From: an uncultured Lachnospiraceae bacterium
GTDB taxonomy: Bacteria > Bacillota > Clostridia > Lachnospirales > Lachnospiraceae
Length of the DNA: 64,000 nucleotides
Reading direction: 5' to 3'
NCBI GenBank assembly: GCA_947632555.1
Contig: CANRPU010000013.1
Span: 21,082 to 85,081 of the forward strand
A program made the position numbers and the translations under genes. Numbering within the stretch: the first letter of the stretch is position 1; each line of letters starts with the position of its first letter. This document shows, in pieces, positions 22,608-32,766 of the stretch. The notes under the pieces were generated by a model. It was given only the letters and a program-made list of their open reading frames with translations. It made no database searches and had not been told where the DNA came from.

Positions 22608-22660
22608 GCCTTCCCTCCGTTTATGTTTTATATTTCAAAGCCTGATATCCGTTTGAAAAA

Positions 22661-22689
22661 AGTTTAACAAATGCCCTTTTCCTTGTCAA
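22661..22689 (-). promoter_or_regulatory. Promoter for the GH31 gene
   Basis: TTGACA-N17-TAAACT on the minus strand. Confidence 0.7.
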
Positions 22690-22737
22690 GGAGCCCGGTG
22701 CGATTTATAAAATATCTGTGAACAATTTCCGCTCATA

Positions 22738-22766
22738 TTGACAACTGATTTTTCTGATTTTATGAT
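22738..22766 (+). promoter_or_regulatory. Promoter for the divergent membrane-anchored protein gene
   Basis: TTGACA-N17-TATGAT. Confidence 0.7.
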
Positions 22767-22798
22767 AAGGATACAAAAAGCGCGAAGGTGGATATCGT

Positions 22799-23563
22799 AT
22801 GCCTGTAATGGATGAGTTTAAAGAAGAACGGGCCGCTTTGAAGAACAAGCCCCTGAAAAAAAAGATCTCTTATTTCTGGACCTATTATAAATGGTATGCG
22901 CTGGGAGGCGCCATCGCCCTGATCGCGGTCATTTCCGTAGCGGTGACGATCATCACCCATAAGGAAGAGGCCCTTTTCGGCATTGTGGTCAACACCAGCA
23001 CCATCGGCGAGGAAAAAGCGTTTTCTTCCGGCTTTATGGAATACGCCGGGATCGACCCGGATCAATACGAAGTCACCTTCAATTCGGCGCTGATCCTGAC
23101 GGAAATGATGAGTCCGGACGCCGTCAGCACCAGAGAGCTGATCATGGTATACACGGCCTCCGGGGATATGGACGTGGCGATCATGGACACGCTGGCCTTT
23201 GAAACCTACGCCTACAGCGAGCTTTTCTTTGACCTGCGCTCCATACTGCCGGCGGACATGCTCTCCTCCCTTGACGGCAGGATCTACTACCGGGACGAAG
23301 CCATAGCCGAGCGCCTGCGGGACGAGGACAGCCCCGCGGACGGAACGGATACGGAAGAAGAGATCGTCTTCCCCGACCCGTTCTGCCCCGAGGAAATGAC
23401 CGATCCGACCCCGATCGGTATCGACATCAGCGGCTCTCAGGTCCTGGAGAGTACCTATTACTATCCCCGCAAACCTGTTTTGCTGGGTATCCCGGCCACC
23501 TCCAGGCGGGTGGACACCGCGGTCCGGTTCATTGAATACCTGTTCGAAGGATCAGGAGAGTAA
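22799..23563 (+). CDS. Membrane-anchored hypothetical protein (possibly solute-binding-like fold)
   Basis: One N-terminal TM helix after YFWTYYKW, followed by an acidic soluble domain. Confidence 0.6.
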   Translation: MPVMDEFKEERAALKNKPLKKKISYFWTYYKWYALGGAIALIAVISVAVTIITHKEEALFGIVVNTSTIGEEKAFSSGFMEYAGIDPDQYEVTFNSALILTEMMSPDAVSTRELIMVYTASGDMDVAIMDTLAFETYAYSELFFDLRSILPADMLSSLDGRIYYRDEAIAERLRDEDSPADGTDTEEEIVFPDPFCPEEMTDPTPIGIDISGSQVLESTYYYPRKPVLLGIPATSRRVDTAVRFIEYLFEGSGE

Positions 23564-24985
23564 TTCTTTTAACAGCCTGTTGACCGTTCCGGGGTCCGCT
23601 TTTCCCTGCATGGCTTTCATGGTCTGCCCCACCAGGAATCCGATAGCCTTCTCTTTGCCTCCCCTGTAGTCCTCCACGGACCGGGGATTGGCCGCTATGA
23701 CTTCTTCCACCGTCTTTCGCAGAGCCCCCTCGTCCGAAACGGCCTTCAGACCGTTTTCTTCCACATAGGCGCGGGGATCCACATTTTCCAGGAACATTTT
23801 TTCAAAGACCTCTTTGGCTACATTGGTACTGACGGCCTTTTCGTCCACCAGCGCGATCAGTTTTGCCAGATTTTCCGGTGAAAACCGGATATCCTCCGCA
23901 TCCGTTTCCGTTTCTTTCATCAGCCGCAGGGTTTCTCCCATCAGCCAGTTGCTGACCTTCTTGGGCTGCCCACAGATCGCGGTGGTTTCCTCAAACAGAT
24001 CCGCCATACGCTTGGAATTGGTAATGATCTCAATATCGTAATCCGGGATCCCGAATTCTTCCCGGTATCTGGCCATCTTTTCGGTACGGAATTCCGGCTG
24101 CGCGGCTTTGATGCGCTCCAGCCACGCGTCATCTATCCTGACAGGCGTCAGATCCGGATCCGGAAAATAGCGATAATCCTGCGCGTCTTCCTTGGAGCGC
24201 ATGGCATAGGAACACTCTTTGGCATCGTCCCATCTCCTGGTTTCCTGTACCACCTCTTTCCCGGCCTCCAGCAGTTCCGTCTGGCGTTCGGTTTCTCCCT
24301 GGATGGCCCGGGCGATAGCGCGAAAAGAATTCAGGTTCTTCATTTCCGTTCTGGTACCGAGTTTTTCCGTGCCCGCCTCCCTGACGGACAGATTGATGTC
24401 CGCCCGCATGGAGCCCTCCTGCAGCTTGCAGTCGGAAGCTCCCAGATACTGGATGATAAGACGCAGCTTTTCCAGATAAGCGATAACCTCCTCCGCATTG
24501 CGCATGTCCGGCCGGGACACGATCTCGATCAGGGGAACTCCGGAACGGTTATAGTCCACCAGGGAAACATCTTCCCAGTCATCGTGGATCAGCTTGCCCG
24601 CGTCTTCCTCCATGTGGATCTCGTGGATCCCGATCTTTTTCTTTCCCCCGGAGGTTTCCACTTCCACCCAGCCGTTTCTGCAGATGGGCAGGTAGAGCTG
24701 GGAGATCTGGTAATTCTGCGGATTGTCAGGATAAAAATAATTCTTTCTGTCAAACTTGCAGTACCGGGTGATCTCACAGTTGGCCGCCAGTCCCACCGCG
24801 ATGGCATAGTCCAGCACCTGCTTGTTCAGTACGGGAAGAGAACCCGGCATACCGGTACATACCGGGCAGGTATGCGTATTGGGCTCCCCGCCGAAAGCAG
24901 TGGAGCAGCCGCAGAAGATCTTGGTCTTGGTCGCGAGCTCCACATGCACTTCCAGTCCTATGACCGTTTCATACTGTTTTCCCAT
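23552..24985 (-). CDS. gatB: Asp/Glu-tRNA amidotransferase subunit B
   Basis: Motifs IGLEVHVEL, RKNYFYPD, HMEEDAGK and NRSGVPLIEIVS. Confidence 0.96.
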   Translation of the reverse strand: MGKQYETVIGLEVHVELATKTKIFCGCSTAFGGEPNTHTCPVCTGMPGSLPVLNKQVLDYAIAVGLAANCEITRYCKFDRKNYFYPDNPQNYQISQLYLPICRNGWVEVETSGGKKKIGIHEIHMEEDAGKLIHDDWEDVSLVDYNRSGVPLIEIVSRPDMRNAEEVIAYLEKLRLIIQYLGASDCKLQEGSMRADINLSVREAGTEKLGTRTEMKNLNSFRAIARAIQGETERQTELLEAGKEVVQETRRWDDAKECSYAMRSKEDAQDYRYFPDPDLTPVRIDDAWLERIKAAQPEFRTEKMARYREEFGIPDYDIEIITNSKRMADLFEETTAICGQPKKVSNWLMGETLRLMKETETDAEDIRFSPENLAKLIALVDEKAVSTNVAKEVFEKMFLENVDPRAYVEENGLKAVSDEGALRKTVEEVIAANPRSVEDYRGGKEKAIGFLVGQTMKAMQGKADPGTVNRLLKELLS

Positions 24986-24987
24986 CA

Positions 24988-26448
24988 TCATGCCTCCTTT
25001 CCCGTTCCAAAGCCGCCCACGGCCTGTTCATACGCGTAAGCCGCCCGCAGCAGCTTCTTTTCCTGAAAGCAGTCTCCTATCAGCTGGAGCCCCACAGGCA
25101 GGCCCCCCGCATCCTTTCCGCAGGGCACGCTCATGGCCGGCAGTCCCGCCAGATTGGCGGAAATGGTATAAATATCGCCCAGATACATCTTCATGGGGTC
25201 CGCCAGGGATTCTCCCAGCCGGGGCGCCGTAGTGGGCGCTGTCGGCCCCAGGATCACGTCGTATTTCCGGAAGGCGTGGTCAAAAGCCTTCTTGATCAGC
25301 GCTTTTACCCGCAGCGCTTTCAGATAATAAGCATCGTAATACCCGGAGCTCAATACAAAGGAACCCAGCATAATACGCCGTTTTACCTCCGCACCGAAGC
25401 CCTGGCTCCTGGTTTTTTTGTACATGGAGTGCAGGCCCTGGCAGTCCTCTGCCCGATAGCCGTATTTTACCCCGTCGAACCGTTCCAGATTGGAACTCGC
25501 CTCCGCCGCGGCAATGGTATAGTAAGTGGGGATCGCGTATTCCACCAGGCTTAAGTCAAACTCCTCCACATCGGCGCCCGCATCCCGCAGCGTGTCCGCC
25601 GCCTTCAGTACCGCCGCTTTGACTTCCTTATCCAGGCCCTCTCCGAAATAGTCCCTGGGCACGCCGATACGCAGCCCCTCCACGTCCGTCCGCAGAGCCG
25701 AGGTAAAATCCGTATCCTCCCTTTTTATGGAAGTAGAATCCTTTTTATCGTGGGTGGCGATCAGCTCCAGCACCGCCGCGCAGTCCCGCACATCCCTGGT
25801 GAGGGGTCCGATCTGGTCCAGGGAAGAGCCGTAGGCGATCAGGCCGTAACGGGACACCGTACCGTAAGTGGGCTTCAGTCCCACCACGCCGCAGAAGGAA
25901 GCGGGCTGGCGGATGGAGCCTCCCGTATCGGATCCTATGGCAAAAAAGCACTCTCCCGCCGCCACCGCAGCGGCGGAACCGCCGGACGAGCCTCCCGGGA
26001 CACGCTCCGGGTCATGCGGGTTTCTGGTCACGCCGAACGCCGATGTTTCGGTGGTGGAGCCCATGGCAAATTCGTCCATATTGGTCTTCCCCAGGATCAC
26101 CGCTCCAGCGGCTTCCAGATCTTCCACCGCCCGCGCGGAAAAAGCAGGCACAAAATTGTCCAGTATCCTGGAGGAACAGGTGGTACGCATACCTGCCGTA
26201 CAGAGATTGTCCTTGATCGCCACAGGCACTCCCGCCAGCGCTCCCGCCGCTTCTCCCGCCTGTATTTTTTTCTGTATTTCCTCCGCCCTTTTAAAAGCGC
26301 CTTCCCTGTCCAGGGTCACATAACAGTGCAGCAGTTCTTCCTTTTCTTCCACCCGCCGGAAAACCGCCTCCAGCGCTTCCCGCGCCGAAACTTCTCCGCC
26401 TTTTATTTTTTCGGCCAGTTCCACTGCCGTCAAATCCACTAAATTCAT
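24988..26448 (-). CDS. gatA: Asp/Glu-tRNA amidotransferase subunit A
   Basis: Amidase signature GKTNMDEFAMGS, GGSSGGSAAA and GSDTGGSIRQP. Confidence 0.96.
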   Translation of the reverse strand: MNLVDLTAVELAEKIKGGEVSAREALEAVFRRVEEKEELLHCYVTLDREGAFKRAEEIQKKIQAGEAAGALAGVPVAIKDNLCTAGMRTTCSSRILDNFVPAFSARAVEDLEAAGAVILGKTNMDEFAMGSTTETSAFGVTRNPHDPERVPGGSSGGSAAAVAAGECFFAIGSDTGGSIRQPASFCGVVGLKPTYGTVSRYGLIAYGSSLDQIGPLTRDVRDCAAVLELIATHDKKDSTSIKREDTDFTSALRTDVEGLRIGVPRDYFGEGLDKEVKAAVLKAADTLRDAGADVEEFDLSLVEYAIPTYYTIAAAEASSNLERFDGVKYGYRAEDCQGLHSMYKKTRSQGFGAEVKRRIMLGSFVLSSGYYDAYYLKALRVKALIKKAFDHAFRKYDVILGPTAPTTAPRLGESLADPMKMYLGDIYTISANLAGLPAMSVPCGKDAGGLPVGLQLIGDCFQEKKLLRAAYAYEQAVGGFGTGKEA

Positions 26449-26457
26449 GGATGCCTC

Positions 26458-26751
26458 CTATTCCACGGTTTTCGGTACAACAAACATACCGTCCTTTTCA
26501 CCCGGAGCGTTCTTCAGGATATTCTCCCTGTCATCCCCGTTTGTCACCACGTCTTCCCGGAACACATTCTCCACGGGGAACACATGGGACATGGGCTCCA
26601 CTCCCGTGGTGTCCAGCTCATTCAGCTTATCAATATAGTCCAGCATATCCGCCATATCCTTTTTGGCGGCTTCCTTCTCCTGAGGCGAAAGCTCCAGCTT
26701 GGCCAGCACGCCCACATATTCTATCGTTTCGTCCGAAATGACATTTGCCAT
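26458..26751 (-). CDS. gatC: Asp/Glu-tRNA amidotransferase subunit C
   Basis: 97 aa with LAKLEL, NVFRED and FVVPK motifs, directly upstream of gatA. Confidence 0.93.
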   Translation of the reverse strand: MANVISDETIEYVGVLAKLELSPQEKEAAKKDMADMLDYIDKLNELDTTGVEPMSHVFPVENVFREDVVTNGDDRENILKNAPGEKDGMFVVPKTVE

Positions 26752-26767
26752 ATCCGTTCCTCCCGTT

Positions 26768-28513
26768 CTAATCGCGCACCTTGATGTGCACTTCCCGCAG
26801 CTGCTGTTCGGTTACTTCGTTAGGCGCGCCGCACATCAGATCCTGCGCCGTTCCGCTCATGGGGAAAGCAATGACCTCCCGAATGTTCTCCTCATTGCGC
26901 AGCAGCATGATCATCCTGTCCACCCCGGGCGCCATGCCGGCATGGGGCGGCGCGCCGAACTGAAACGCGTTGTAAAGGGCGCCGAACTTGGCCTTCAGCG
27001 CTTCCTCGTCGTAACCGGCTATGGCAAAGGCCTTTATCATGATCTCCACGTCATGGTTGCGCACCGCTCCGGAGGAAAGCTCCACGCCGTTGCATACAAT
27101 GTCATACTGGTAAGCCAGAATATCCAGAGGATCCTTGGTATTCAGGGCTTCCATGCCGCCCTGGGGCATGGAAAAAGGATTATGGGTAAACCCGATCTGC
27201 CTGGTTTCCGGATCCCTCTCATACATGGGGAAATCGTTCACATAGCAGAAACGGTACGCGTTCTTTTCCAGAAGTCCCAGCTTCTCTCCCAGTTCGTTGC
27301 GGATCATGCCGGCGTAATAAGCCGCCTTTTCCTCTTTATCCGCCATAAAGAAAATAGTGTCCCCGGCGCTTAACCCCGCCAGCGTCAGAAGCTCGCCCTT
27401 GTATTCTTCGGGAATAAATTTGTCGATGGGTCCTTTATAGGTCAGCTCTTCCGTTACCTCCAGATAGCCCAGTCCTCCCATGCCCAGATCCGTGGCAAAT
27501 TTCAGCAGCTTCTCGTGAAAGCCCTTGGACATCTGCGCGCGTACCTTAACGGCCCTGACCGTCCTGCCTAAAAAGGGCTTAAACGAGCACTTCTGGAAAA
27601 ACTCCGTCAGGTCCACGATCCTGAGCGGATTGCGCAGATCCGGTTTATCGCTGCCGAACTCCAGCATGGCCTGTTTATAGCTGATGACCGGGAAAGGCGC
27701 CTTGGTCACCTGAAACCCTTCCGGGGCAAATTTTTCAAACACCGCCGTCAGCACTTCCTCTCCTACCCGGAACACATCTTCCTGCGTAGCGAAGCTCATC
27801 TCAAAATCCAGCTGGTAAAACTCGCCGGGGGAGCGGTCCGCCCGCGCGTCCTCGTCCCTGAAACAGGGCGCGATCTGAAAATATCTGTCAAAACCGGACA
27901 CCATGAGAAGCTGCTTATACTGCTGGGGCGCCTGGGGCAGCGCGTAAAATTTTCCCTTATACTTTCTGGAGGGCACGATATAGTCCCTGGCGCCTTCCGG
28001 CGAAGAGGCGCAGAGGATCGGCGTCTGGATCTCCAGAAATCCCAGCTCCGTCATCTTCTCACGCAGAAACGCGATGACCCGGGAACGGAAAATCATATTG
28101 TCCTTTACTTTCTGGTTGCGCAGATCCAGATAGCGGTACTTTAACCGGATATCCTCCCTGACCTCCCTGGACGTCATGACCTCAAAGGGAAGCATGGAAT
28201 ACACCTGTCCCAGTATGGTGATCTCCTCGGCCTCCAGTTCCACGGTGCCGGAGGGGATCTTCGGATTGTAGGTTTCTTCGTCCCTTTTTTCCATGCGGCC
28301 CGCAATGCTCACGCAGGCCTCCTTCTTAATGCCTTTTAAAAGCTCCGGTCTGCGCAGCACCACCTGAAGCACTCCGTACATATCCCTCAGATCCAGGAAG
28401 GACACCCCTCCGTGATCCCTGATATTCTCTACCCAGCCCGCCACTCTGAGTTCGGTTCCGATATCCTGTTCTCCGATCCCGGAAAGATTTCTGTCCCTGT
28501 AAATATTTTTCAT
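26768..28513 (-). CDS. aspS: Aspartyl-tRNA synthetase, probably non-discriminating
   Basis: Motifs [25 protein letters not shown] and [11 protein letters not shown]. It has RDHGG (His) in the anticodon-binding domain and is co-operonic with gatCAB. Confidence 0.93.
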   Translation of the reverse strand: MKNIYRDRNLSGIGEQDIGTELRVAGWVENIRDHGGVSFLDLRDMYGVLQVVLRRPELLKGIKKEACVSIAGRMEKRDEETYNPKIPSGTVELEAEEITILGQVYSMLPFEVMTSREVREDIRLKYRYLDLRNQKVKDNMIFRSRVIAFLREKMTELGFLEIQTPILCASSPEGARDYIVPSRKYKGKFYALPQAPQQYKQLLMVSGFDRYFQIAPCFRDEDARADRSPGEFYQLDFEMSFATQEDVFRVGEEVLTAVFEKFAPEGFQVTKAPFPVISYKQAMLEFGSDKPDLRNPLRIVDLTEFFQKCSFKPFLGRTVRAVKVRAQMSKGFHEKLLKFATDLGMGGLGYLEVTEELTYKGPIDKFIPEEYKGELLTLAGLSAGDTIFFMADKEEKAAYYAGMIRNELGEKLGLLEKNAYRFCYVNDFPMYERDPETRQIGFTHNPFSMPQGGMEALNTKDPLDILAYQYDIVCNGVELSSGAVRNHDVEIMIKAFAIAGYDEEALKAKFGALYNAFQFGAPPHAGMAPGVDRMIMLLRNEENIREVIAFPMSGTAQDLMCGAPNEVTEQQLREVHIKVRD

Positions 28514-28535
28514 GATCCTCCTCCTTTTGGCTAAA

Positions 28536-28825
28536 TAAAAAAGTCCCGAAATACAGTATCTGTATTTCGGGACGAATAAGCCAGCGCAAATCCGCGGTAC
28601 CACCCGCTTTGACGGACCGCCGCTTCCATCAAAGCGTCTGACCGGTCCATCCACTTTCGCATTTAACGCATGCCACGTACCGCCCTACCCAATCCGAAAA
28701 CCTTCAGACGGTCTGCTCCGGAGCGTTCCCTTTGCCGATTCCCACGAACAGCGCTCTCAGTCGGTGACGCCGTATTCCTGTCGCTTTCCCTGGCAAGAGT
28801 TTCCTTCGCCGCATTTACTTTATTG
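28536..28825 (-). ncRNA. T-box riboswitch leader (probable Asn specifier AAC)
   Basis: T-box AAAGCGGGTGGTACCGCGG at 28592-28610 and terminator GTCCCGAAATACAG/CTGTATTTCGGGAC plus U-tract. Stem I has AGGGAAAGCGA and CTGAGAG loops, with specifier AAC at 28725-28727. Confidence 0.88.
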
Positions 28826-28831
28826 TAATGA

Positions 28832-28860
28832 AGTCTAGCACATTTTTTTTTTGATTGCAA
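28832..28860 (-). promoter_or_regulatory. Promoter of the T-box/aspS-gatCAB transcript
   Basis: TTGCAA-N17-TAGACT with an extended TG. Confidence 0.7.
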
Positions 28861-28886
28861 TATATGTTTTCAAAAAGATACAAATT

Positions 28887-29918
28887 TTATTCGGGGAGCG
28901 TCACAGTCTTTCCGCCCTGCCACCACGCGTAGGCGGCCACACAGGCGCTGATGATCAGGAGCATATAAAAATTCAGCCCCCTGGAGATGCACATGGACAC
29001 CGTAAGACTGCTGCCGGTAAAGATCCGGCCGAACACCGCCGCGTACATTAACTCCGTTATCCCCTGGGAACCGGGCAGCGGAAGCATATCCACCGCGATA
29101 TAGACCACCGCCTGCAGAGCCATAACGGTAAACGGGCCCGCGCCGGACAGTCCCATTCCCCTGTAAACAAAATAGGTCAGCGCGAAGACACTGCATCTCT
29201 GCAGGAAAGTAAATCCTACCAGAAAACCGATCACGCCCATATGCCCCTTTAAAAAACGAACCGCAGCCTGATACTGATCCACCAGTCCCCGGATGCTGTC
29301 CCGCCGTTTTTCGGAAGGCTTCAGCATGTGCAGTCTGACCAGCAGTCTTTCCGCCGCGCATAAAAAACGCTCCATACCGGGGCCGTTCAGCATGATCGCC
29401 AGCAGGATCACCACCAGAGCCGCGTTCAGGAACAGTCCGAGAAAATATATGGGCAGGTACTCTCCCAGATTGGCCTTCAGTCCTCCCCACCAGAACAGCG
29501 CGATCCCCAGGCCCATTACCACCAGCACAAATTTGTACGCGGTGGCCACGCTCATCAGCACCACCGTGGAATCCGACACTTTATGCCCGTCCTTGCTCAT
29601 ATGATAGAGCTGCATGGGCTGTCCGCCCGTGGCGGAGGGCGTGATGCCGGAATAGAAAAATCCGGTAAAAGAATATTTCAGACAGCTGAATATACTGCAT
29701 CTGTCCCCGATGACCCGCAGCAGATACCAGATCAGGATCCCTTCCGCCGACACAAAGAACAGCGCTGTCAGCATAGCCAGCGCCAGATAACCCTTTCGCA
29801 TTTCCCGTACTGCCCGCAGAAGTTCTCCAAAATCCTGTTCTTTAAACACCACATAAAAAGTAATCCCGGCCAGTCCCAAAAACAACGCGGCGCTCGCGGC
29901 CTTTTTCTTACCCTTCAT
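28887..29918 (-). CDS. Lysylphosphatidylglycerol-synthase TM / flippase-like (UPF0104) membrane protein
   Basis: Motifs YSGITPSATGGQP and LPLPGSQGITE with many TM helices. Start set at MKGKKK. Confidence 0.82.
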   Translation of the reverse strand: MKGKKKAASAALFLGLAGITFYVVFKEQDFGELLRAVREMRKGYLALAMLTALFFVSAEGILIWYLLRVIGDRCSIFSCLKYSFTGFFYSGITPSATGGQPMQLYHMSKDGHKVSDSTVVLMSVATAYKFVLVVMGLGIALFWWGGLKANLGEYLPIYFLGLFLNAALVVILLAIMLNGPGMERFLCAAERLLVRLHMLKPSEKRRDSIRGLVDQYQAAVRFLKGHMGVIGFLVGFTFLQRCSVFALTYFVYRGMGLSGAGPFTVMALQAVVYIAVDMLPLPGSQGITELMYAAVFGRIFTGSSLTVSMCISRGLNFYMLLIISACVAAYAWWQGGKTVTLPE

Positions 29919-30486
29919 ACAAAGCTCCTTTTGCGGGACGGTATCCTTCCTGCCCGGTTCTTCCCAGCAATTCCCGCAGCGTTCCCTCAAACAATATCCC
30001 ATCCCGCTTATAGTCGTAAAAATCCGCGGGCGTGACCAGGGAAAAATGTTTTTCAAACAGGCAGATACCGTGTTCCTGCAGGAAACGCGCCAAAAAAGAA
30101 GAACAGGTATAGTGCCGTTTCTGATAAAAAGGCCTGCCCGCCAGTAAAAACGGCAGTCCCAGAACACAGTAATGATACCGGAAGCGGTCGCTGTAGAGGC
30201 GCCGCAGTTCTTCTCTCATCCGCGCCTTCTCTTCCCCGTCGCATTCCAGACTGTAGATACGGTAGCGGGCGGTGGGAAAGGCCCCCGCGATACGTTTTAA
30301 ATCCTCTTTCTCAAAACCGGAAAAATAAGGAATACAGGGATTCCTCCTGCCAAAGCTGTAAGCCTCCTCCAGGTCCTTATCCAGCCCCAGCACCACATGT
30401 ACGTAGCTTCGCCTGATGGTCCGCCGTATCAGGGACGCGAACAGCCCCGGCGTATCCACCAGCGCGATATAGATCCTATCCGTCAT
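29908..30486 (-). CDS. Permuted NlpC/P60 (YiiX/YebB-like) papain-fold protein
   Basis: His motif SYVHVVLGL precedes the YSFG and Y.Y motifs, and the Cys motif YTCSSFLA follows (His before Cys, the permuted order). Confidence 0.6.
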   Translation of the reverse strand: MTDRIYIALVDTPGLFASLIRRTIRRSYVHVVLGLDKDLEEAYSFGRRNPCIPYFSGFEKEDLKRIAGAFPTARYRIYSLECDGEEKARMREELRRLYSDRFRYHYCVLGLPFLLAGRPFYQKRHYTCSSFLARFLQEHGICLFEKHFSLVTPADFYDYKRDGILFEGTLRELLGRTGQEGYRPAKGALYEG

Positions 30487-30518
30487 TTTAAACCTGCTCC
30501 TCTTCCTTGTACAGCGTT

Positions 30519-31541
30519 TTAAGCAAATCCTAAGAATTTTTTTGCCGTTCTGTAACCGGCCAGGGTCAGCATATCTCCCGCTTTCCCCGGCAGATACGTG
30601 GCGCCGCTGAGCGTGGTGAACCGCAGCCTCTTATAAAGCCTTTCATCCATGATCCGGATATCCTCCCAGAGTTTCCGGCGCTTCAGCAGGGCCTCCGGCG
30701 TTTTGGTCATGAGCAGGAATACGTCGCAGATGGCAAGCATGACGGAAAGATTCCGCAGCAGATATTCTTCCAGCCTGGGAGAAACGGCTCTGGCCTTTTC
30801 CCAGTCCGTTCCCTCCGCTACCAGTCTGGTGACTTTTATCTGCTGGTCGATCCTGCGTATATAATTTTCTTCATTGACAGACTGTCCGCTTCTTCCCAGA
30901 AAGTAGTGGTACAGATCCAGGTCCAGATACAGAATACGCCTTACTCTGGGCAGGGGTCTGCTGGCAAAAAGATTGTCCACGTAAAAGGTATGCTCGGGAA
31001 GCCTTAAATCCATTTCCCGAAGCAGGGCGGTACGGAAGATCAGAGCGTGCATGACCAGATACTGAGAGCCCCGAAACTTTCCCATGCTCCGCCAGCCGCA
31101 GATCCTCCCCTGAGGAAATACGTTGTCATACCGGACCGGACACTGCCTGTTCTCGTAAAAGTGGTCGTAGACATAGTTGCAGACCACCATATCGGGCAGC
31201 CTGCCCGACGCGGTCCGCTCCCGCAGCGCGGCCAACAGCGCGGCCAGCGCTCCTTCGTCCAGCCAGTCATCGGAATCCACCACTTTAAAGAACAGTCCCG
31301 ACGCGGCGGCCAGTCCCGCGTTGACACCGGAACCGTGCCCCCCGTTTTCTTTATGGATCACCCGCACGATCCCCGGGTACTTCGCCGCGTAATCATCCGC
31401 TATTTCTCCCGTCAGATCCGTGGAGCCGTCATCCACCACAATGATCTCCCCGTCCTCTCCACAGGGCAGCAGAGAATCCAGACATTTGTTCATGTAATCC
31501 TGCGAATTGCAGCAGGGCACCACAAACGTGATATATTTCAT
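30519..31541 (-). CDS. GT2 glycosyltransferase
   Basis: Motifs FVVPCCN, VVDDGSTD, NGGHG and VVDSDD. Confidence 0.9.
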   Translation of the reverse strand: MKYITFVVPCCNSQDYMNKCLDSLLPCGEDGEIIVVDDGSTDLTGEIADDYAAKYPGIVRVIHKENGGHGSGVNAGLAAASGLFFKVVDSDDWLDEGALAALLAALRERTASGRLPDMVVCNYVYDHFYENRQCPVRYDNVFPQGRICGWRSMGKFRGSQYLVMHALIFRTALLREMDLRLPEHTFYVDNLFASRPLPRVRRILYLDLDLYHYFLGRSGQSVNEENYIRRIDQQIKVTRLVAEGTDWEKARAVSPRLEEYLLRNLSVMLAICDVFLLMTKTPEALLKRRKLWEDIRIMDERLYKRLRFTTLSGATYLPGKAGDMLTLAGYRTAKKFLGFA

Positions 31542-31626
31542 TTCCCGTTTTGCCTCCCTTGACTTATGGTGCTCTTACCATACCGCGGAAAGGTTAAGAC
31601 TTCTCTGGGAAATTTCTAAATAGTTT

Positions 31627-31920
31627 CTAAAAACGCAGAATGCCCAGGGCCTTAAAAACACCCCAGACATAAGGCGCGCCGAAGCAGTTTAATTTCTTAG
31701 GACCGGTGATCTGATGCTCCGTATCCTCCCGCAGCTTCAGAAACGCCTTTTCAAAAGTGGCGCGGGTAATGGATTTCTTTTTCCTCTCCGTAAAAAACTC
31801 TCCGCCCTTTATCACATAAGTAAATTCCAGATTTTTGGCTGTATAAAATGTTTCGCCCTGATGCGCGGCGATCTTCTCCCACAGATTTTCTATTGTAATG
31901 TCATCCTGCGCCTTCTCCAT
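31627..31920 (-). CDS. Small hypothetical protein
   Basis: 97 aa ORF with a GGAAAGGA RBS and protein-like composition (FYTAKNLEFTY...GPKKLNCFGAPY). Confidence 0.65.
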   Translation of the reverse strand: MEKAQDDITIENLWEKIAAHQGETFYTAKNLEFTYVIKGGEFFTERKKKSITRATFEKAFLKLREDTEHQITGPKKLNCFGAPYVWGVFKALGILRF

Positions 31921-32001
31921 ATGTACATTCCTTTCCGGCTCTTTTTTTCCAGTATGGCATAGTTCGGCCTAAAAATCCATAGGGTTTAGTACGAATCTTT
32001 A

Positions 32002-32766
32002 CTATTTCGGCGCGATATCCCCTGTCAGGGTGTGAACGGTATACTCCCGGTTGACTATAACGTTCTGTCCGTCCTCGTCCCGTTCTCCCAGACGGAATAT
32101 AAAAGATTCTCCGTCTTCGGAATATCCGGAAAACTCCAGGAAACCGATCCTGCCGTCATCCTCCAGATACCAGACGCAGGCGGCCGGCGTTTTCTCCCGT
32201 TCTTCTCCGTCCGATACCGGCATCTCCACCTGCAGCGCCTCTTCCACATCTTCACTGACGATCCGCTGTGCCGATTCCGGAAGCGTCCCCTCCTGCTTCA
32301 GATAATCCATCAGCAGTTCCATCGCCTCCTCCTTTTTCAAAGCTCCCTCTTCTTCCGGCCTGCCGCTGCCCGGCGAAGCGGAATCCATCATGCTGTCCGG
32401 CGAAACAAAATCCGTTTCGCTGTCTGCCTGCGCGGCCCCTGCCTGAAAAATGTCCGCGCTTTCACCGGCCGCTTCTTCCACGCCCGCGGAGATTCCCTGT
32501 ACCGGGCTTTCCTGTCCGGTCAGAGCGGTTTCCGCGGAAATATTGTCGGGAACGGCCGCGTCTTTCTCCGATGAGAAACGGCCGCGCCCCATCCACAATC
32601 CGGAAGCCGCCGCCAGCAACACCACGGCCGCCGCTCCCGCGTATACCGCTTTGTTTGGGAAGGCGCGGCGTTTTTTGGGGGCAGGCAGACCGGCTTCGAT
32701 CCTGTCCCACAGATCCGGCGTTTCTTCTTTCTGAAACTTTTTATACTCTTCTTCCAGATTCTTCAT
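32002..32766 (-). CDS. Probable anti-sigma factor
   Basis: N-terminal TPDLWDRIEAGL, one TM helix and an acidic extracellular tail. It overlaps the end of the ECF sigma gene. Confidence 0.7.
   Translation of the reverse strand: MKNLEEEYKKFQKEETPDLWDRIEAGLPAPKKRRAFPNKAVYAGAAAVVLLAAASGLWMGRGRFSSEKDAAVPDNISAETALTGQESPVQGISAGVEEAAGESADIFQAGAAQADSETDFVSPDSMMDSASPGSGRPEEEGALKKEEAMELLMDYLKQEGTLPESAQRIVSEDVEEALQVEMPVSDGEEREKTPAACVWYLEDDGRIGFLEFSGYSEDGESFIFRLGERDEDGQNVIVNREYTVHTLTGDIAPK

Noticed and set aside
28514-28654. N-terminal extension of AspRS shown in the ORF track
   Set aside because: It runs through the T-box antiterminator and terminator. A strong RBS precedes the ATG at 28513.
31585-31620. 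OmpR-type repeat upstream of the GT2 gene
   Set aside because: Only one good CTTAA half-site, too degenerate to link to the 24-bp box in the permease cluster.
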